This document shows, piece after piece, positions 47,011-58,872 of a stretch of 64,000 nt of DNA. The stretch spans positions 73,346,001 through 73,410,000 of the forward strand of contig CM097887.1 of the NCBI GenBank assembly GCA_044892525.1, in the 5' to 3' direction. Each line of letters opens with the position of its first letter. The stretch's first letter is position 1. The DNA comes from Schmidtea polychroa (taxonomy: Eukaryota). The notes below the pieces were generated by a model, which saw only the letters and a program-made list of their open reading frames with translations, made no database searches and had not been told where the DNA came from. The translations under genes were made by a program, and so were the position numbers.

Positions 47011-48168
47011 TCATGCGGCCTCTTTATCAATGATATTGGAGAATAGAATATTGTCAGGTATATCCCTAGTGACGATTTCATTATTTGGGGGTGATAGGAT
47101 TGCCTCCTGAGTATCCAGAATATCAAAAAAAAGATTATTTTCATTAGTATTATTTAATTCATTTGTATTGGTATATTGATCAATAATGTTTGGGCTGTTG
47201 GGGTGATTACACTCGATATGGTTTTTGGAGTCCTGATATTTTATCCACTCTCCACAAAAGCAATAGATTTTTAAGTTGATGTCGAATTTTAAATTTTTAT
47301 GGTGTTTTGACATATGTGTGCTTATTGTATCTAAGGGGGTGTCAATGTCGAATGATTGGAAGCACTTGTTGCAGTTTTTGTTTAAATTGTGGCATAAAAA
47401 GCGGTTTGTGGAAGCAATTTTCAGGGTAATAATCTTGAGGAAGTCCTTACTGACGCTACAGTGGTGTTCAAATTGGTCAATGTGGTTATATAGGTTTCTA
47501 AGGGTGATGGTGTTCAGGGTAGATCTGCTTCCTTCCTCTTTGGGTCTACATTGGTGGCAGTCAATCAGAGAGTCGTAGGTTATAGCAATGTTGTGAATTT
47601 CTTGGGCATGTGACTTAATCTTATCAATGTCAGTGGTAGAAATGTGTCCACAGAAAGAAGTATAGTGGCATCCACGACACTGTAATTTGCCCCGTACGTC
47701 AAGGTAGTATAATATTTCATCATTTAGGTCTTTGGACGTTGTATCTTTATTTATTTTAGTTTTTCTCGTCTTTATGAGGTCTAAGGTGGGGGGTTTTAAG
47801 GTGTACGTTTTACCTCTAACCTCTAGGCTTTTTTGGAATTTTATGTCATTCCTGTGATGGATGGGGGTGGATGTGGTTGCGTACATTGGTTTCCCTTTAT
47901 CAGAGGGTATAGTGTCTTTCAGGTTTATAAGGTTTGGTGATTTAAGTTCAGTGTTTTCGACAGGGATGAGCCTTTTAGGAATAGGGGACGATCTATCAAG
48001 GTCAATGTTTTCAGAGGAATAAAAGTTGTTGGTTTTCTTTTCTTGCCTAACAGGGGTTATGGTTGCAGAGTCATCTAGAGGTGATGGTCTAACTGAGGGA
48101 TATATTTTGGGTTCCTCGATTGAGTCGATAGGTAGGGTAGTGTTATAAGGGTTGGATTTCTCAGGCAT
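47011..48168 (-). CDS. zinc-finger region of the same polyprotein (in frame with the RT ORF across one TGA)
   Basis: CRGC..HAQEIH; CHQC..H..HHC; CNKC..HMSKHH; CFC..HIEC; 47010-46848 is a multiple of 3 and open. Confidence 0.8.
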   Translation of the reverse strand: MPEKSNPYNTTLPIDSIEEPKIYPSVRPSPLDDSATITPVRQEKKTNNFYSSENIDLDRSSPIPKRLIPVENTELKSPNLINLKDTIPSDKGKPMYATTSTPIHHRNDIKFQKSLEVRGKTYTLKPPTLDLIKTRKTKINKDTTSKDLNDEILYYLDVRGKLQCRGCHYTSFCGHISTTDIDKIKSHAQEIHNIAITYDSLIDCHQCRPKEEGSRSTLNTITLRNLYNHIDQFEHHCSVSKDFLKIITLKIASTNRFLCHNLNKNCNKCFQSFDIDTPLDTISTHMSKHHKNLKFDINLKIYCFCGEWIKYQDSKNHIECNHPNSPNIIDQYTNTNELNNTNENNLFFDILDTQEAILSPPNNEIVTRDIPDNILFSNIIDKEAA

Positions 48169-48980
48169 AGGAGGTGATGGGTTGTTAGTAGGAAGGGCTA
48201 AGAGAGGGGCATTTGAGGAAGGAGGTTCATTGGTAGAGCTTTGGTCAGAGGCACTGCTAGAGAGTACGACGTCATCACAGTCGGAGCTGAATAGATCGCT
48301 TGGGTATTCTGGAGGTCTAACATCCTCTCGGTCTGATATAAGGGATTCTATTGTGTCGTCAAAGTAGCAACTATAATGTTAGGTATCTATACTGATTTTG
48401 GAGTGTTTCGAGGAGGAAGAGTCTATTTCAGAGTCATTGGGAATTGATGAGCTGTAGGTTGCTGAGTTGTCTCCATCTATATTGGAAAAGACTAAATCGT
48501 ATTTTGTGTTGAAAACTTTTGTTCTCTTTACTTTCTTGAGCAAGTTTTCATTAGGGCTTATTTCTTTGGGAGCAAATGGGTTTGGAATTGGTTTTGAGTA
48601 GTGTGGTCTACGCGAGGTGTTGATGTTCGTCTTCTTGCTCGTGGGCTGGGTGTCAGGGTTGTTGCCTAGTTTTCTCGGTTGTCTTGGAATATTGACAGAT
48701 GTCTTAGGAGGTTCATTAATCTCATCACTATTGGTTTCAATAAGGGCAGCATATCTATTATTTATTAGTCTATTGTTCCGGATGTTATTCGTCTTATGGG
48801 GTAGATGCTTTCAGGGAGAGTGGATACCATATCAGTGCTCAGGATACCTTCAAACGGGTTCATCTCTGATAACGTTCACATTAGTGTCATAAATAATCGT
48901 TGATTTATCAAGCTTTTTTTTAACATTGGTACTTAGTGGCTTCTTGGGTAGTTCCCCCCGATTACTGTTATAAGCTTTAT

Positions 48981-50813
48981 TTATTGTATTATTATTAGAT
49001 AGGGTATTAGCAAAAAATATGTGGTAAATTGTTTATAATTTATTGATAGGATATAAAAAAAGTTTTTAACAATATAAAAGTTATTATTTCTATTATTATT
49101 TTTTAGATGGTAGTGTAGATCCTTGAATAGGTTTCTAATTACATTTTTTAGGATGTCATATGAATTTTGATTTATTTTGGTTATCGTATTGTATAGGTTG
49201 GGTATTAAGTTAATATTGAATGGCGCAGTTTCTTTAGTATTATTGGTATTTAATATATCCATTAAAATGAGGTAATTCGTGTTGAGGTCAATAAAAATGG
49301 ATCTATATATTTGCGGGAGCACTCTTATATTATCATTTTTAAGGAAGATGAATTGTTTAGTCAATTCTCTGAAAAAATTATCGCCTATATTTCTTAGGTA
49401 TATAAAGTTGATCTGAGTCGAGGTATTTGCTGGGTTCAGAGGGGGTTTATCGATGTAATGTGGAATAGTTTTAGAAATAAGGCTAGGATTCTTATTAAGG
49501 TTTAAAATATTCGCATACTTCATAGTTGGGACACGGTTGGGTGTACGTTTATATGGGTTAATAGTTTGTCTATTAATAACATTCTCTGCGAGTCGGCCAC
49601 CGGCCGACGAGCTGCGTAACGGAAACCTTTCGTCCTCCGAAGGAGGACGAAAAATTTTTTTGGTTTCATAATTTCTAGAATAGTTTTGGTCTTTTTTAAA
49701 CAAATCTTTTTTAATTAAATTATAGCCATTTTTATTTAATTTGGTATTTATATTAATATTATTTAAATTACTTTTTTCATTTAAAAAATATGATTTTATG
49801 TTTACGGATTTATTCTTTTTAAGGTTTTTCTTTACTAGGTTTTTATATTTATTATTCTTAATTTTATTTTGATTAAAAATTTTATCTTTATTATATTTCA
49901 CGTGTTTATTGTTGGAGTTCATTTTATTAAAACCAAATGTTCTGTTTTCATTATTGCGATATAGGGAATTTCTATTATCATTTAAATATTTATGTTTATC
50001 AAATAGTTCGTTTTCATAAAATGGGGATTTATTTCTACTTTTATTATCATATACATTTAAATAATTAATTCTTTTTTTGGTATTATTTTCATTAAATAAA
50101 GAGTTATAATTTTCATTTAAATTATTATTACTATATATTACATTTTCATTAATTCTATTATTAGTATGAGATTCACTTAGGTAATTATTCTTATTATACA
50201 TTACATTACTATTGAAATTAGGGTTATAATTCTCATTTAAATTATTATTACTATATATTACATTTTCATTAATTCTTTTATTATTATGAAGTTCATTTAA
50301 GTAGTTATTATTATAATGCATTACATTTTATTTGATTCTATTATTAGTATGAGATTCACTTAAGTAATTATTCTTATTATACATTACATTACTATTGAAA
50401 TTAAGGTTAGAATTGTAAAGATAATTCTGATCATTGATTACCTTCTTTTCCCAAGTGTCCTTTATTCGAAGTAAAGTGTTTATGAATTTAGTATGTTCTT
50501 TTTGGTTGATCGGCATACCTCTGCATTGGGGCATAACCAAGCAGTAGGCGTAGTTGAATGTTTTCAGACTGGCCTGGTGAATCCTGTGTCCAATTCGATT
50601 CCAGTATTCTAATAGCGTATCGTCAGTTAGATAACTCCTTCCTGAAAGATAGTTAACGAGTTGATTAAAAATAGTGAACTCATGGATTTCAGCCCAGTGC
50701 TGTACGAATGTTATATCTGAGAATTTTTTTGGTTTCATAATTTCTGAAGCTAGCCGAGTGTGGCATAATAAATAACCATTTCGTAGACTCATCCACTGGA
50801 AGTCTAGTGGCAT
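48981..50813 (-). pseudogene. N-terminal domain and Asn/Lys-rich repeat region of the polyprotein (in-frame TAA at 50328-50330)
   Basis: ORFs 50328-50813 and 48981-50321 are in the same frame; about 60-bp coding repeats; frameshift near the homopolymer at about 49015 links to the downstream frame. Confidence 0.7.
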
Positions 50814-51309
50814 ACACGAGATAGTTTCTGGTAAATAAAGTCACCAAATGATGGTAAGATTACGGTCCTGAAATTTGTAGGGCTCGGAATCTAGGTGGAG
50901 CAGATAATAAGGTTCTATTCACCTGAGGCCCGACTAGTGCAAATGGATTGACCCGTGCGGGTAGAAAACCTGGTTGACCGACAGGTCGGCCAGGAGGAGG
51001 AAACCCCATGTACGACCCTTCTGGAACATTCCCGTTCCAATGAGTGGCAGAATGAATCAAAATCGACCAGTAATATGATCTTCGAAATTAAGATAAGAAA
51101 AATCTGTCTCGTGGAGGTAGTAATTATATTCCAAATAGGTTAGAATCAGAAATAGAGATAGATCCTTGCTCAAGTATTTTGAAAAGCATACTGAATAACA
51201 TCAATTATTATAGAAAATCTAGGACATTGTGTGCCAACTGAGTGAATGTTGAGTGATGCGGTTGTTGGGTAAACATAGACTGTGGACAAACTAATTAGTG
51301 GTAGTAAAC

Positions 51310-51354
51310 CGGCGTCTACAGTATTAAATTGAAACTGAATCAATCTATATAGGT
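51310..51354 (-). promoter_or_regulatory. candidate promoter motif ACCTATATA..AATTT.AATACT..GACGCCG
   Basis: Block-wise match to 26881-26915; TATA-like core. Confidence 0.35.
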
Positions 51355-51974
51355 AAAAATGATAACCATTAAGTTATATTGCTAGTACTACAAGGGAAAT
51401 ATTATAGTAACAAAAGTTATATTGATAAATTATATATTACAACTATCTATCGATAAATTACAATGACACAATAGTAGAGACAAATTAGAGAGCCTCAATT
51501 ACAGAGTTAAATTTATTAGTAGCAATAGTGCATAGATACGTCACCACTAAAATGTCCAAGCGTACAAGAAAATGAGACCTTTACAACTTTTAATAAAAAT
51601 TAATGTACGATTTTTCGGTTTAGTATTTAGTTATTATTATTGCTGTCATTTAGTATCATTTGGTATACCTGGCGGGTACCAATATGGACATATATATGTG
51701 TTTATATGTGTATATATATGTATATGGGTGTGTGTATATGTATGGGCATATATACGTATATAAAATATGGCTAAAAATTTTAAATTTCCAAATGATTACA
51801 ATTGAAGGGCAAACATTTAAAAATAAGGAATCTTTGAAACAAGGGGAAAACCTATCGCTGAAGAGATTCACTCAGAGATCAAACTAAGCGCAAGAGCGAA
51901 TTGACCGATACCTTAAAATTATCTTCAAAACATATAATAATGTGATATTCAAATTTGTTCATATTTAATTCCAG

Positions 51975-52170
51975 TGTTAAAGATTTTGAAAGATATGCGA
52001 GCCAATATCGAGGAAGCGATGCTCCGTAACCGAGTGGAGGTACTCAAGGAACAAGTGCGGAAGATGGAAGGAACAATTTTAGAATTTTAAATTGGAAACT
52101 TCGCTCATAAACAGAACACCAATCATCAGGTTGTTTTTGTTCTTCCGGAAATAATCACCAGATTACCTTA
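51975..52170 (+). pseudogene. coiled-coil exon homologous to 24369-24850, divergent from the NeSL-like ORFs
   Basis: LKILKDMRANIEEAMLRNRVEVLKEQVRKMEGT vs YKLMESLRKDREQAQ..LRVRVDKLKVKCRKLEGT; both follow an AG|TG junction in the same phase; stop at 52088-52090; hAT inserted at 52200. Confidence 0.65.
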
Positions 52171-52385
52171 GGTACGCAATCTAAATTTTATATTTAAATT
52201 AGTGATGTACTGGGTACCCGGAAATTACCCGATACCCGGCATACCCGGCAATATTTTCAGTACCTGCAATTACTCGGATCCGGCAAATATTGCCGGATCT
52301 GGTGCTGGGTATTGGGTTTCTTATTTGAAATTTGAAAAGAAGATAACATAATAAATGAATGAAAACAAATTACACAAGATTTATT

Positions 52386-53666
52386 TTAACTAAACATTTT
52401 ATTAAAAAAAATACAATATAAAAAATTAAATCTCAATAATGAGAGATTATAATGCAGAAATAATAATTTCTCTGCGTTGCGCGGAAGAAGTTTATTTCTT
52501 CTCTCCTCGTAAATAATACCAGCCTCGCTGAACATTCTTTCACTGGGTATGCTGCTAGGAGGCGCTGATAGGTATCGTCTAGCCAATTTTGATAGTGTTG
52601 GATAAATATTTGCGTTATTTGACCACCAAGCCAACGGATTTTCGGTACGAGGAATGTTAGGATGTTTGAGAAAATTTAAAAGTTGAATATTATCTGTTGA
52701 ACTTCCTACGGTATAGGATTCTTCTTCAATGGATTTATTTTCAAATAAAATTTCATCTATGCAAGCCCACACATCTTCATTTTTATCATGATTATTTTTT
52801 CCATGTTCTGCAGGTTCTCTCTGTTTATTGTCATTATTTTTATCAATACTTATTGGAGAAATATTATTCATTTCTTCTATAATCCAATTTTTAGCAATAA
52901 TTTGTGTATCGGGTTTTAAAAATTTAAGTTTGTAACGGGGATCTAATACCGTAGCTATTACATACAACTTATTCTTTTCCATATTTTCAAATCGAGCCTT
53001 TAACGATTTTAGCATTTCTTTTTTCATCGTTTGTGTTACTTCATCGTGTAGTTTTTTACAGAGGAAGCGCTCTAAGGCAACTACATTTGGTATCACCATC
53101 GAAATAAGAGCTTCCTCTGAACTGGCTTCAACTGTAACGATGTAAAATTGCTCCATTAAGATAACTATATTTTTAATTAATTTAAAATTTGCTGCATTCA
53201 AGTTTGATATATTGTGATCTGAGGAATATAGTGTGATGGCATCTTTTTGTTCTAATATCCTCTTGAACATATGATACATCGAATTCCATCTAGTGACTAC
53301 GTCTTGTATTAATTTGTGTTGTGGAAGCGAAAGTTTGGTTTGTATTTTTTTCAACTTAGTACTAACTACTTGCGAGTGATTAAAATGGGTTACTATATTG
53401 CGACACTTTGTAATTATGTCGGAAATAGATTTTTGAGAATATATGCTATCATGAATTACCAATTGGATGCTATGAATAAAACAGGACTCGTTTTTGAAAT
53501 GGGCAATATTTGATCCACTGATAATATTACGCGCACCATCTCGCAGCAATACTTGTATGTGGTTTTCAGTGTTTAATTTCCAGAATTGTAGCATTTCCAT
53601 TAATAAATCACTAATGGCAGTACCGTATGGCTTCCAGGAAAATGGCGAGCATTTAGAACCACACAC
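52386..53666 (-). pseudogene. hAT transposase, C-terminal part (426 aa open)
   Basis: CFIHSIQL; VTRWNSMYHMFKR; ATVLDPRYK; WW..YPTLSKLARRYL.APPSSIPSERMFS; N-terminal part frameshifted. Confidence 0.9.
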
Positions 53667-54127
53667 TTTTTTACAAATTTTTCATTAAGCCAATGTCCAT
53701 TGAGGCTTATAAAGCTTTCTTTATTGGTAGAACATGTCCATATATCTGATGTCAAGGAGATCAAATTCAGCTGTGATTTTTCAATATTGATTAAATCACA
53801 GATTTTCGAACAACATTTATCATATTTAGTAGGAATAATATTTTCTGAGAAATATTTTCGTGAAGGTATTTTGATATCGGGGCTCTAATGATTTCAAAAG
53901 ATTAATAAATCCAATATTCTCGACTATTGCAATCGGTTGGTTATCCACAGCAATCAATTCGTCAATTTTATCATGGATTTTTTTGTTTTAATATTATTAA
54001 TGTCACATGTGATAATTTTGTCTTAACGCTGTACCAATGTCGGTTGTTTAATAGGGTGCGAAGGTCCCGATGTCGGATCGTCAAATTTCTTTTTCTTAAC
54101 ATTAGCAATGTAACAATCACTAAATTC

Positions 54128-54494
54128 GGTACTTCCGTGCTATCTTACCCCCAAAAATTAAATTAAAAAAGAACACATATAATTATTATATTTATTTTCT
54201 AAATCACAGTTACAAACTTAGCAAATGTTTGTAAAGAGTTTGTAAATGGTCATCCAGGTGGCCAGAAAACCACAATGTCGTAGAGAATAGTGTCGAACAC
54301 GTCGGCACTGTTGCTTAGAACACGTTTGCGCCACATAAACTCACATAATCACATAAATCACAGATAGCCTTAACAAATTCATGTTCAATAATGTTCAATA
54401 ACGTCATCAATAATATATTCTCTCATTTTTTATATTGTTATTTTAATTGTATTTTATAATTTAATTTTTGGGGGTAAGATAACACGGAAGTACC
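54128..54494. mobile_element. Merlin-like MITE (38-bp TIR, 8-bp TSD) inserted in the hAT transposase
   Basis: TIR GGTACTTCCGTG(C/T)TATCTTACCCCCAAAAATTAAATTA; TSD CTAAATTC on both sides. Confidence 0.85.
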
Positions 54495-57400
54495 CTAAAT
54501 TCATCTGAATGTTTTAAACGTAAATATTTCAATAACGTTGAAGTTCCGTAGGATTTTGTATTTGTGTCACCTCTGGATAAAACTGCATTACATAAACTGC
54601 ACATTGTTTTCGTCTCGTCTTCTGAAAACACTTTAAAATAACTCCAAACTGAACACATTATTGAAAGGGTACATACATAAAAAATTGTTAAATGTTAAAA
54701 AGTTCGTTTAAATAAATTAAATTTATGCTATAAACTCTTTATATATCATATACTAAAGATATTGAAATCAATAAATTATTGAATATTTTAAACTTATTAT
54801 ATTTTTTTCTAAATAAGAACTCATTCAAATAACCTTCTAAATACTCCTCTTTCGACCAAAATTGCATACTTAACTTTCTTTTTGCATGACACCAAGTATT
54901 TTCTATGTTTTGAGAGAGACAAAGTTAACTTGATGAATCACAACACTGTGAATATATAAAGGATTATTCTGCAATGCTCTATATGATGCCCAGCCATTAC
55001 TTAATATGCTGGTCCCGGGTAAAATCCTTCTATATATATAATTCTGATCAGAGTGTCCTGTTTTCTATCAGGTACCGAAATCTTAAAACATGTGCACCTC
55101 GATACGAAAAGCATACGTTTATATGGTATGCTTGACAAAATGACCTTGATTTTCATTGACATATTTAGCATCTTTTAGATGGCTTGATGAGTATTAGGGA
55201 ATGTCACTTCACAACCAACCAATTGAGTCAGAAAAATATTGTGAATGTGTAATGTCTTCCATTTCAAACGTCTTGAATTAGCATACGTTTGTTCAAAATG
55301 AAATGACAAATCTTTCAATTAAGATTTCCTCTGTAGTTGTGGTTGTTCATAATTGCAAATAAATTGTAACAGGCGAAGTGACGTCTAATAAGTTAAAGAA
55401 TAACAACACTGGCCATCTTGGATTTTGCACAGCATATGTAAGGTTATAAATTTATGGTTTGATAGATCAAAACAAGCTTGGTCAGCCAAAGTTTGACCTA
55501 CTGATGATATTGAAAAGACAAGAGACCCAGAAAACCTCAATCCTGGCTCACATTGTCTTCTGATTATAATGGTGGGACCACATCATAAAAATCATATGCT
55601 CATTATACACGATCGTCTAGTAATATCACCATTCTAATTTTTTATTGTGGCGGTTTTAAGTTTACTATCAGAATAATGACAGATTTCTGGTTTTGCTTTT
55701 TTGTTTTGTTTTGCTGTGCTTCTTCGTTAATATTGGTGTTCATTCTGATGTCAATACAATTTATCTCAGTTGGTTTGTCGATTGTTCTATTAATGCCAAT
55801 CTCTTTGGACATGTCACTTGCTTATTGGAAAATGTTTTATTTCGGAGTCGGTTATTATCAATCCGAGATTTCTCTGGTATCCTAGACTTTTACTTTTATT
55901 ACACTTAATTAAATTTTTATGTTAGAACCCCGGAGTAGCTTCATTATATTTTTATCTCTATCTTCTGCGACAGTCAATCATCAAACTGTAGTAACTTTTC
56001 ACTAGAAATAATTGCAATACTCAGACAAGCTTTCTACAAACCTCGAGTATCAGGTGAAAACTGAGTTCCTATGATTTTAGAGGAAAATCTAAAGACGAGG
56101 AAAGTTAGATATATTCGGCCGTTTCTTGACCATAAGATGTGATGACGATAAAATATTCAGTGTAGGCTTAGATTTACACCGGTAGGAGATATTCCACAGG
56201 ATAATCTGTGTAAATAGATAATGATCCAGTGTCGAATGTTGAGCTTTATTGTTTTTCATTTTGAAAAATAGTTTAATAGGATAAAATCATCTGTACTTCG
56301 ATATCATAAATAAAATGAAAATCATAAAAAATTTAAGAATTTAACTTATTAAAATATTAGAATCACATTTCGTAGTTTCCTTATGAATAGAATAGAGATG
56401 TTAACAAATTCTGTGAATAAACACATAATAAAGATTAAGATTCAGCTTGAGTCTTCGGATTAAAAATTTGTTTGCATGCATCAATATATATATTTACTGT
56501 TTGTGTGTGATTCATGTAAACCAAATTTGAAATAACTAATTTTTTTAATTTTTCTATTATTTTTTTTTGAACAGTATTTTTGTTATTTTTAATCGTTTTA
56601 TTTTTTCTTTATTAAATTAAATTAAATTTATTTTTTATGGTGATTTTCAGAAATTTTACATTTTCTTGTGATTTTTCTTGTTTTCTTTTTAATTTATTTA
56701 ATTTTAAATGGCTATTTTTGGTATTTTTGTAATTCTTTTTAAAAAATTTTATTTTAATTTTATTTTAATCTTATTTTCTATTATTTACTATCACCATGAT
56801 GAATTTTTAATTTGTTTCACTTTTTATATATTTTTAATGTTTCTATTTAATTTCTTGCAATTATTGATGCGTTTGTTAATATTTTATTTTATTTATTTGT
56901 GATGTTTTCTTTTGGTTTATTGATGTGTATTTGGTGTTTTTGTTTTCGATTTTAACTGAATTTCGTATTAGTTTACATTTTCGTGCTATCAATACAACTA
57001 AAATTGTTTACGAAATACATTTTAAACTCAGTTTTAGACCAACAGGTGTTTTCATATTTTCTTAAATTATTTGTGATGGTTGAGAAACTTGACCATCGTT
57101 CCTTTATCATCTTCTAACAAACTACCGTCTATCAACGGATTTTTTACTTTTGTGAGAGATTTATATGATCAATTATATTACAATTTGAATCAGATGACCA
57201 AATATAGGGATGCACAATGAGCACGAGCAAATGACATATAGCAAGAGCGCTACAGGTACCTTGTTTGATCCGAGGTTATATCGAAAAAACAAAGAAAGTC
57301 AGCCATCTGAGCAACCGAATCAAGAGCTTGAGACAGGAGTGGCTCTGAATCAAAACTGATTGGGAAGCCTCCGCGTTACAATACCATACTCGCGACAAGT

Positions 57401-58137
57401 AAGTCTAGTAACTTCATAACATTACCGGACAAGGATTAAATTAAAAAAAAAGATCTGGAAATTGCATCAAGTTTTTTAGTTTGTTCGTAGCTACCAAGGT
57501 CTTAATACATAACACTAATGGTTCGTCACACTAATGTCTAGTGGGCTTTGTGGTTGGGCAAAATTTCTTTAAATCGACTGATAATGCAGTAGAATATGAC
57601 ATAAGCAAAATCAACGCAGTATGAAGTCAGATAATCAAAAGAAATAGTTCTAGTTCAAATACACGGGCGATAGAAGTAAAATAGTCATAAAGACGTTTAT
57701 AGAAGAGTTAAGGACGAATTAACCAACAACCATAGAGCTTTTCGATATTTTTTACTTATATTTTTTAGCATATAAAAAAAATTTTCAAAATATTCAATAA
57801 ACGAAAAAAGCTTTTTAATTTATGTTCAACATTTATAATAAACAGATAATATGAATATTAGCTAATTTTATACAAATAATTTCGAAAAATGGTGGTGTTT
57901 ACAAAATATCGTGATCACACTGTGAAGTGTTTATAATATATAAATTGAGCTGTAATTTATTCATAAATGTAATAAAAATCTAATTTTTAATAGTAATTTT
58001 AAAGGTATTCAAATTTAAATTAAAAAAATTAAAATAAAAATTTAGATAAAAATATTTATTTTGTTTTTCCTAATTGAAATAACCTTGAAATAAGTTGTAC
58101 TTTAACTTATTAAACGAACGATTTTTAAATTTGAATA

Positions 58138-58582
58138 ATGGCGCACTCGAAAGATTCGGTTTTTAGACTTCCTCCTCAATGTTATCTCCATGTTCTAGAT
58201 ACAAATACCAATATTACTAGATTAGAAGTAGGACCACAGACTTTTGTTAGAAAAGACCATGAATGTGTTGTGGTTAATGCAACATCGATGATAAATATTC
58301 CTCCACAACATTATTGTGAAATCTTAAATCCTGTTATAAAAGATGAAGATGGCAATGTTATTTTTGATGTTCTTGGTTCAGTGAAGCTTAGATTTGGTGA
58401 TTCTGAGATACGGCTTCATCAAGAACCATTTCCATTTTATCCAGGCGAAATTATGAAGATCAACGTTACTCCACTAAAAATTGTCCAATCAAATTGTGCA
58501 TTGAAATTAAAAGCTCTTATTAATATTGATGAAAATGGAATCAAAAAAGTATCTGGTGATGAATGGTTATTTGAAGGACCAG
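58138..58582 (+). CDS. MVP: major vault protein, coding exon 1
   Basis: FRLPP..YLHVLD.NTN.TRLEVGP.T..EIRL.QEPFP.YPGE..GDEWLFEGPG; GT donor at 58583. Confidence 0.95.
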
Positions 58583-58645
58583 GTAAATAAAAAATATATT
58601 CAAAATATTTTATAAGTTTATTTTACATTGTAATCGTAATTTCAG

Positions 58646-58872
58646 GTGTATATATACCTGTGAAAGGTGTACAAGTTGTTGAGGAAGTCCAAGCTTGTGT
58701 CATCTTGATTAACCATGCCTTGAGATTGAAGGCAACAAAGGAATTTGTTGACAGGCGCGGTATAAATCGTGTTACTGGTGAAGAATGGTTAATAAAAAAA
58801 GTCGGATCATACATACCTGATGTTTTTGAACATGTGATCAAATATGTATCTGGCTATGTACTGACAGAAAAA
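58646..58872 (+). CDS. MVP: major vault protein, coding exon 2 (after a 63-bp intron)
   Basis: TTTCAG acceptor; YIP..ALRLKA..RVTGEEWL..VGSYIP.VFE..LTEK; GT donor at 58873. Confidence 0.95.

Larger units (their letters stand above)
43400..51354 (-). mobile_element. NeSL-clade-like RLE non-LTR retrotransposon with long 5' coding extension (boundaries approximate)
   Basis: Order: conserved N-terminal domain, Asn-rich repeats, Ser/Pro-rich linker, zinc fingers, Ulp1-like domain, RT, CCHC, PD-D-K endonuclease, AT-rich 3' UTR. Confidence 0.85.
52200..54660 (-). mobile_element. hAT (ZBED-like, Ac-type) transposon, degenerate, second end not found
   Basis: TAGTGATG terminus with subterminal TACCCGG repeats; BED finger SVWSYF..CSLC..TSTLLKYLRLKH (54461-54658); LTSDIWT..SFISL. 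Confidence 0.9.

Noticed and set aside
44499-47578. Short plus-strand ORFs overlapping the RT and zinc-finger region
   Set aside because: Antisense shadows of the real minus-strand ORF with no domain motifs. The same applies to shadows over the hAT and Tigger transposases.
47011-48850. Alternative genetic code (TGA as Trp) explaining the in-frame stops
   Set aside because: TAA stops and frameshifts also interrupt the region; MVP, RING and RT ORFs use TGG for Trp and contain no internal TGA.
54950-57720. Coding-like stretches at about 55000-56100 and 57100-57720
   Set aside because: Many stops in all frames and no motif I can assign; they may be old element debris.
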